A DNA stretch of 64,000 nucleotides from a virus. Shown here piece by piece: positions 58,713 through 64,000 of the stretch. The notes under the pieces were generated by a model that worked only from the letters and a program-made list of their open reading frames with translations, was not told the DNA's origin and ran no database searches. Position numbers and translations under genes: made by a program. The stretch's first letter is position 1; each line of letters begins with the position of its first letter. The stretch is from the IMG/VR virus record IMGVR_UViG_3300022752_002410, positions 2,650 through 66,649 of that record; one strand, 5' to 3'.

Positions 58713-59793
58713 TTTGGAAAGTGTTTCCACTCGATATACCGTCGAGTGGAAATGGTCACTTCCTGAAAAACTAAGGAATCTAGGACATGAAGTTGAAGTT
58801 ATTTCTGGTCCGGAAGATATTCCTCGAGCCACTACTCCTGGTGCCTTTCTTAACTTTGGTGGTACTAATATCTATAAGTCTAGACAGGTTGAACAGGTCA
58901 GTAGATTATTTTGCGAGGGACGCATCTCATCTGGCGACCATTTTATTTTTACTGATGCTTGGCATCCGGGGATCATAAACCTCAAATATATGAGTGAACT
59001 ATTACAGATTCCTGTAAAAATTCACGCACTTTGGCACGCCGGTAGTTATGATCCGCAGGACTTTTTGGGCAGGCTTATTGGAGATGCTGCTTGGGTAAGA
59101 CACGCTGAGAAGAGTTTCTTCCACGCTGTGGACCATAACTACTTTGCCACAAACTTTCATATTGAAATGTTTATGCGTAATCTTCTTAACGATGGCATGG
59201 AAACAGAAAATCCATGGTTTGAAGAAGATATCCACGATGTGTTGGCAGGCAAGTATCCTAAAATCACAAGATGTGGTTGGCCCATGGAATATATGGACGC
59301 TATATTGGCTCCATATAAAGGTACACCAAAGCGTGACCTAATCCTATTCCCACATCGTATAGCACCAGAAAAACAAGTTGATATTTTTAAAGACTTGGCC
59401 ACACACTTGCCTCAATATGAATTTGTTGTTTGCCAAGAACAAAACTTAACCAAACAAGAATATCATAAACTATTGGCCCAGGCTAAAATAGTATTTTCAG
59501 CAAATCTACAGGAAACATTAGGTATTAGTTGTTATGAAGGCTGCGTACTTGATGCTATTCCCATGGTACCAGATCGACTAAGTTATAAAGAAATGTATTT
59601 TGACGTATTCAAATATGCTACTGAAATGACTGAAGATTGGGAAAGATACACTGTACATAGACATAAACTTTGTTATACCATAATACAACATATGTATAAT
59701 TATGATACGCGGCTAAAACTCATACAACAACAAAAGGAGAGCCTCAGTGAACGATTCTTCACAGCCCAAGGACTTTACGATAACCTCAACTGA
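58690..59793 (+). CDS. GT-B fold (GT4-like) glycosyltransferase
   Basis: FPHRIAPEKQ, QETLGISCYEG (EX7E), PDRLSY.E. Confidence 0.8.
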   Translation: MSRIFLIDLESVSTRYTVEWKWSLPEKLRNLGHEVEVISGPEDIPRATTPGAFLNFGGTNIYKSRQVEQVSRLFCEGRISSGDHFIFTDAWHPGIINLKYMSELLQIPVKIHALWHAGSYDPQDFLGRLIGDAAWVRHAEKSFFHAVDHNYFATNFHIEMFMRNLLNDGMETENPWFEEDIHDVLAGKYPKITRCGWPMEYMDAILAPYKGTPKRDLILFPHRIAPEKQVDIFKDLATHLPQYEFVVCQEQNLTKQEYHKLLAQAKIVFSANLQETLGISCYEGCVLDAIPMVPDRLSYKEMYFDVFKYATEMTEDWERYTVHRHKLCYTIIQHMYNYDTRLKLIQQQKESLSERFFTAQGLYDNLN

Positions 59794-60178
59794 TACTACA
59801 CAAGATAATAGTTTCACAATCACTTTAGATGATATAAAAACTATTGATCTTAATAGTTATATTACTATGAATAGTTCTGGTTCAGATACTATTACATTGA
59901 CTGGAACTGGTGGTACTACCAGTAACTATATATGGCCTACTCTTGGCACTGATCAAATTGCTACATTAACTACAGGACAGATTGGCACTATTGATCCTAG
60001 TAATTGGGTTACCATACAACCTTGGAACCCTGTTGCCTTTAAGGATAACTGGCCAGAATGGTTTAAAATACAAAATATGCGTAAGCAATATCCCAGTCTT
60101 GATAAGGCCCTAACTCAACTTGAAACTGTTTATAACCTAGTTAAAGATGATTATGATAATCCAACGCCTAAAAGATAA
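59747..60178 (+). CDS. Hypothetical Thr-rich protein
   Basis: GTG start after AGGAG. Confidence 0.65.
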   Translation: MNDSSQPKDFTITSTDTTQDNSFTITLDDIKTIDLNSYITMNSSGSDTITLTGTGGTTSNYIWPTLGTDQIATLTTGQIGTIDPSNWVTIQPWNPVAFKDNWPEWFKIQNMRKQYPSLDKALTQLETVYNLVKDDYDNPTPKR

Positions 60179-60632
60179 ATTAAACGAACTTATGGTCCGT
60201 TTAGATCGTAAGCGTATTATACTAGACAGACAAAGTGAGGAACCATATCTTGTGCGTTATTATGTGTTCCTAAAAGATCGTAAGCGGTTTCCTTTCAACA
60301 TTTTTGTACATAAGTTTCTCAAGAGTGATCCAGACGATGTACACGATCACCCTTGGCCTTATTTTACATTGATACTTCGTGGTGGTTACTATGAATACGT
60401 TCCTATATTCGATTCTAATGAAAAGAAGGTCGGAGAAAATAAGCATTGGAGAGGACCTGGTCATTTCCGCTATAATCATTCTCATAGTTTTCATCGTATA
60501 GAATTAAAACAAGATGTAGAATGTTGGACTATGTTTATGCCCGGTCCACAGCGTAAGGAATGGGGATTTTTAGTAGATAATAAATGGATACCAAATGAGC
60601 AATACTTTCAACTCCGCAAATCAAATACTTAA
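60147..60632 (+). CDS. Cupin-like metal-binding protein
   Basis: HDHPW..F..IL.GGY.E, FHRI. Confidence 0.65.
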   Translation: MIMIIQRLKDKLNELMVRLDRKRIILDRQSEEPYLVRYYVFLKDRKRFPFNIFVHKFLKSDPDDVHDHPWPYFTLILRGGYYEYVPIFDSNEKKVGENKHWRGPGHFRYNHSHSFHRIELKQDVECWTMFMPGPQRKEWGFLVDNKWIPNEQYFQLRKSNT

Positions 60633-60912
60633 AATCACTAATGGTTCAGCAGGATGGGTCAGTAACGATAATGGCTATACTATCAGTCCAAATGTCACAT
60701 TCAATAATGATTCTTCATCCTTAGAAGTCAAGGGTAAGATCATACATAATGGTAGAGACTTGGAAGAAAGATTACAAACTATAGAACAAGTATTACAGAT
60801 TCCAGAACGTGATATAGAATTAGAAAAGAAATGTCCTAAACTTAAACGATTATTTGAAGAGTATATTAAAGAATTAAGCAAACGCCGTATGTGGGAAGAA
60901 CTAAAAAAATGA
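60595..60912 (+). CDS. Hypothetical protein
   Basis: Overlap-coupled ORF. Confidence 0.65.
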   Translation: MSNTFNSANQILKITNGSAGWVSNDNGYTISPNVTFNNDSSSLEVKGKIIHNGRDLEERLQTIEQVLQIPERDIELEKKCPKLKRLFEEYIKELSKRRMWEELKK

Positions 60913-61097
60913 ATAGAGACGAAGATTTAAAACGGATGAAAGAATTGTTTGAACCTATTGACAAAACTATCATGATGTGCGATAATGTTAATGATTTATT
61001 AATGATGGCCAGTTGTATGATGGTAACTGCCAAATCCATTTATGATAATCATTTGGGTATAGAAAATCGTAAAAAGATGTTTAAGGATCTAACATGA
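60909..61097 (+). CDS. Hypothetical protein
   Basis: ATGA overlaps at both ends. Confidence 0.6.
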   Translation: MNRDEDLKRMKELFEPIDKTIMMCDNVNDLLMMASCMMVTAKSIYDNHLGIENRKKMFKDLT

Positions 61098-61498
61098 ATG
61101 ACTTAGAAAGGGCATTAGATGAAAAAACTGTTCCATGGACAGAAATCGAGTTTAGAACTAAACACTTCTGGATCTTTAAAGACGCATATCCAGTTACCCC
61201 GGGGCATTTGTTATTTGTGCCTACCTATCAAACAACGGAATGCCTATATGCCTGCTTCCAAGCAGCATATCAATGGGGCTACGATGGTATCGACAACGAA
61301 CACTGGGACGGATTTAACATTGGCCAAAACTGTGGGACTGCTGCTGGTCAAACGGTGATGTATCCTCACGTACATATGATCCCACGTCGTACGGGTGATA
61401 TGAAGGACCCAAGTGGTGGAATAAGACATGTTATCCCTGAACGGGGAAATTATAAAAATAAAAACATAGATCCTATTGTAGAAAGTGTTAACTGGTGA
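61094..61498 (+). CDS. HIT-family nucleotide hydrolase
   Basis: D.YPVTPGHLL, AAGQTVMYPHVHMIPR. Confidence 0.9.
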   Translation: MNDLERALDEKTVPWTEIEFRTKHFWIFKDAYPVTPGHLLFVPTYQTTECLYACFQAAYQWGYDGIDNEHWDGFNIGQNCGTAAGQTVMYPHVHMIPRRTGDMKDPSGGIRHVIPERGNYKNKNIDPIVESVNW

Positions 61499-61995
61499 GT
61501 ATAGAATTTATTAATTTTGGCCCTTGGCGTTATCCTAAGTTTCAAGCTGAAGGATTTAGCAGTCAATTTTGTTGGTCTTTTGCCCAACGCTTCTGTAAAG
61601 GTGATGGGTTTGATATTGGATGTGGCCGTCCAGAATGGTGCCTTCCTGGTGCCCAAGGAATTGATCTAAAATATGAAGATGGGTATGATGCTTATAATTT
61701 ACCAGATCGTCAAGTAGATTATATTTTTAGTAGTCATTGTTTAGAACACTTGCCTAATTGGGTCACTGCTCTAGATCATTGGACCACTAGATTAAAAAAG
61801 AATGGCATACTATTTTTATATCTACCTCACTATGACCAACAATATTGGCGTCCTTGGAATAATCCTAAACACGTTCATATCCTAACTTTTGAGCATATTT
61901 ACGACTATTTACAGGACAGAAAATATGTTAATATACTACATGGACAAAAAGATTTAAATCATAGTTTTACAGTGGTAGCGGAGAAAATAATATAA
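61495..61995 (+). CDS. Class I SAM-dependent methyltransferase
   Basis: DIGCG, DYIFSSHCLEH, LKKNG.L.LYLP. Confidence 0.8.
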   Translation: MSIEFINFGPWRYPKFQAEGFSSQFCWSFAQRFCKGDGFDIGCGRPEWCLPGAQGIDLKYEDGYDAYNLPDRQVDYIFSSHCLEHLPNWVTALDHWTTRLKKNGILFLYLPHYDQQYWRPWNNPKHVHILTFEHIYDYLQDRKYVNILHGQKDLNHSFTVVAEKII

Positions 61996-62768
61996 TGGAT
62001 ATTTTAATGAATAAAAAACTTGTAGAAGAAGCACCATATCATCCTGGATATGAGGGTGCTGTATTTACGGATCCTTATGGAACTCCTCTGAGTAAGGTCA
62101 TTCGTGATCGTATTAAAAAGGGTGGTGGCAGATTCTTTGCTGGTGATAATATTAGTGAATATATTGATAACACCGAACGTGAACTTTTAGTTGAAGAATT
62201 AACAGGCAAATTTGAGGGTGTATTGGATAGTTTGATCATTGATAGACAGAATGATCCAAATAGTCATAATACTGCTCGTAGATTGGCTAAAATGTATGTA
62301 TATGAGATCATGAGTGGGCGCTATGAGCCTAGACCAGATGCCACAGCGTTTCCTAATAATACGGAGGAAAGATATGAGGGTATGTTGGTCGTTCGTAGTG
62401 AATTGCGTAGTATGTGTAGTCATCATCACCAGCCCGTTAATGGTGTTGCTTATATTGGCATTATTGCCGCTCAAAAACTTATTGGACTATCAAAGTACAC
62501 ACGAATCGCACAATGGTGTGCCAGACGTGGAACTCTCCAGGAGGAACTTTGTAATCTTATTGCTAGGGAAATCCAACTAGCAACAGGTAGCGAACATGTA
62601 GGTGTTTATGTACAGGCCACACATGGATGCTGTGAGAATAGAGGCATTATGGCACATAGCAGTCTTACACAAACCACTGTACTAAAAGGTGCTTTCAATA
62701 CCTGTGCTAGTACAAAGAAAGAATTTTTTGATAATATTAAACTTCAACAGGACTTTGCCCCAAGATGA
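61995..62768 (+). CDS. folE: GTP cyclohydrolase I
   Basis: SMCSHH, IGLSK..R, LQE, H.C...RG. Confidence 0.95.
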   Translation: MDILMNKKLVEEAPYHPGYEGAVFTDPYGTPLSKVIRDRIKKGGGRFFAGDNISEYIDNTERELLVEELTGKFEGVLDSLIIDRQNDPNSHNTARRLAKMYVYEIMSGRYEPRPDATAFPNNTEERYEGMLVVRSELRSMCSHHHQPVNGVAYIGIIAAQKLIGLSKYTRIAQWCARRGTLQEELCNLIAREIQLATGSEHVGVYVQATHGCCENRGIMAHSSLTQTTVLKGAFNTCASTKKEFFDNIKLQQDFAPR

Positions 62769-62995
62769 AAAAACAAATATTAGACACACTGGAAAAACAT
62801 TTCCAAAGCCAAATCAATAGACATCGTATGAATATTGAAATTATGCTAGAAAATCCTAGAGCCATCCATGAACACACAGATATTATGGCGGCTATAGAAA
62901 AAGAAATCGCTCATATGTCAGAATATGAGGATAAGTTAAATATATTAGCAAATTATTTTACTAATGAAGGAGAATTTGATTATGATGACAGATAA
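62765..62995 (+). CDS. Hypothetical protein
   Basis: ATGA overlap; helical. Confidence 0.7.
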   Translation: MKKQILDTLEKHFQSQINRHRMNIEIMLENPRAIHEHTDIMAAIEKEIAHMSEYEDKLNILANYFTNEGEFDYDDR

Positions 62996-63774
62996 TTTTG
63001 GATATGACTCATTGATAAAAAAATATAATAGGTTACTATGTTTTGGAGATAGTTTTGTACAGGATAGCAAAAAATATAGGTTCAATGACAAATCTTACGA
63101 AATTTGGGCTAATGAAACATGGGGAACTAATACAAGTTGGATCGACGATTTTTCTGACATGCTTAATTTACCTGTTGGTCATGTGGGGCAAAGTGGTACT
63201 GGACCTTCGGATGTTTTTTGGCAAATATCTAACTTTCTATCTAAAGATACTTTTTACGATGATGATTTAGTTATAATAGTATGGAGTTGTTTCAGAAGAG
63301 TAATGGATAAATTCAAAAAACCTTTACATATGTATAATCATTATGATCCAGTGAAAGAAGCAGATTTATATATTGCTACTAAGTATTATTACGAATATAT
63401 ATATAATGTCTTCGAAAGATTAAATGTATACAATATGAGTGTCAAAGCTGTTGATAGCATTTTATCAAATGTAAAAAGTAACATATTCCATTTTTATAGT
63501 TTTGAATTAGTCGTTGATAAAAGATTGAAAGAACAAGTTAAACAAATTTTTTATCCTACAACAGGACATCTATGTAAAGAATTTAGCCTAATTGAAATCG
63601 CTTCAAAATATTATAAAGGATATAAACCTGAGGATACTTGGTGGAAACGTGACGATGGGGATGTTCATCCCAATCATCTAGGACCGTTAGCAAACTTAGA
63701 ATTAATTAATTATTTAAAAAATAGAATTTAACGATTGACAAATTATTTTACTAATGAAGGAGATCATGATTATG
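62949..63774 (+). repeat. Direct repeats flanking one gene
   Basis: CAAATTATTTTACTAATGAAGGAGA at 62949-73 and 63739-63, each followed by nnnTGATTATG. Confidence 0.9.
62982..63731 (+). CDS. SGNH/GDSL-hydrolase-like protein
   Basis: FGDSF, G.SG.G, VIIVWS...R, C-terminal NH.G...N. Confidence 0.65.
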   Translation: MMTDNFGYDSLIKKYNRLLCFGDSFVQDSKKYRFNDKSYEIWANETWGTNTSWIDDFSDMLNLPVGHVGQSGTGPSDVFWQISNFLSKDTFYDDDLVIIVWSCFRRVMDKFKKPLHMYNHYDPVKEADLYIATKYYYEYIYNVFERLNVYNMSVKAVDSILSNVKSNIFHFYSFELVVDKRLKEQVKQIFYPTTGHLCKEFSLIEIASKYYKGYKPEDTWWKRDDGDVHPNHLGPLANLELINYLKNRI

Positions 63775-63921
63775 TCGACTGACAATAAACCCAAAGGAAC
63801 TTGTGGATGTGGCCGTAGCCCAACTGGCAACTGTATTGGCTGGCACAACCTAACAGAAGCAGCATACCAAGCCAAACTGGCAGAATACCAAGCAAAACAA
63901 AATACTACACAACAAAAATGA
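63772..63921 (+). CDS. 49-aa CDGSH-like Fe-S/Zn finger protein (not in the ORF track)
   Basis: Manual translation MSTDNKPKGTCGCGRSPTGNCIGWHNL...; AAGGAG RBS. Confidence 0.65.
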   Translation: MSTDNKPKGTCGCGRSPTGNCIGWHNLTEAAYQAKLAEYQAKQNTTQQK

Positions 63922-64000
63922 GAAAGTTAAAACGTTGGATAAGACAGTGGCTTAACGATGATTCGATAAGTTTAAGTAAGGAGTCCCCTCAACTTTTAGT
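63918..64000 (+). CDS. Start of a hypothetical protein (3' truncated)
   Basis: ATGA overlap; MRKLKRWIRQWLND... stays open to the window end. Confidence 0.5.
   Translation, partial: MRKLKRWIRQWLNDDSISLSKESPQLL

Noticed and set aside
1-64000. Stop-codon reassignment as in some jumbo phages
   Set aside because: Standard-code ORFs tile the window and TAA, TAG and TGA all end recognisable full-length genes.
1-64000. tRNA or rRNA genes
   Set aside because: Intergenic gaps are short and I saw no cloverleaf or T-loop signature; tRNAscan was not run.
1-64000. Apparent abundance of GATC and GGCC sites as a sign of protected DNA
   Set aside because: Visual impression only; it needs an observed/expected k-mer calculation corrected for codon usage.

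Overview
The window is an AT-rich, gene-dense, mostly plus-strand segment of a large T4-like (jumbo-type) dsDNA phage read in the standard genetic code. Sigma70 promoters, a spanin-like lysis cassette and ErpA/ClpA point to a Gram-negative host. In order it contains: sugar-nucleotide, QueD and UvsE genes (0-8 kb); baseplate and tail-fibre genes (8-24 kb); a DnaE fragment, GroES, clamp loader and PhoH (24-28 kb); lysis and membrane genes (28-32 kb); DnaJ, deformylase and ClpA (32-36 kb); probable head-packaged, protease-processed polyproteins carrying three nucleotidyltransferase folds (37-49 kb); family-B DNA polymerase and sliding clamp (49-53 kb); and a putative 7-deazaguanine DNA-modification cluster (53-63 kb). 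That cluster holds a TGT/DpdA-like enzyme, two oxidoreductases, a MutH/Sau3AI-like nuclease, a DpdL-like T-fold protein, a glycosyltransferase, HIT, a methyltransferase and FolE. The best leads are this possible modification-plus-restriction system, a preQ1-riboswitch-like leader before queD, twin operator hairpins before the polymerase, a two-state phoH leader, and hairpin-gated or leaderless late promoters. All calls come from reading motifs by eye; no database searches were run.
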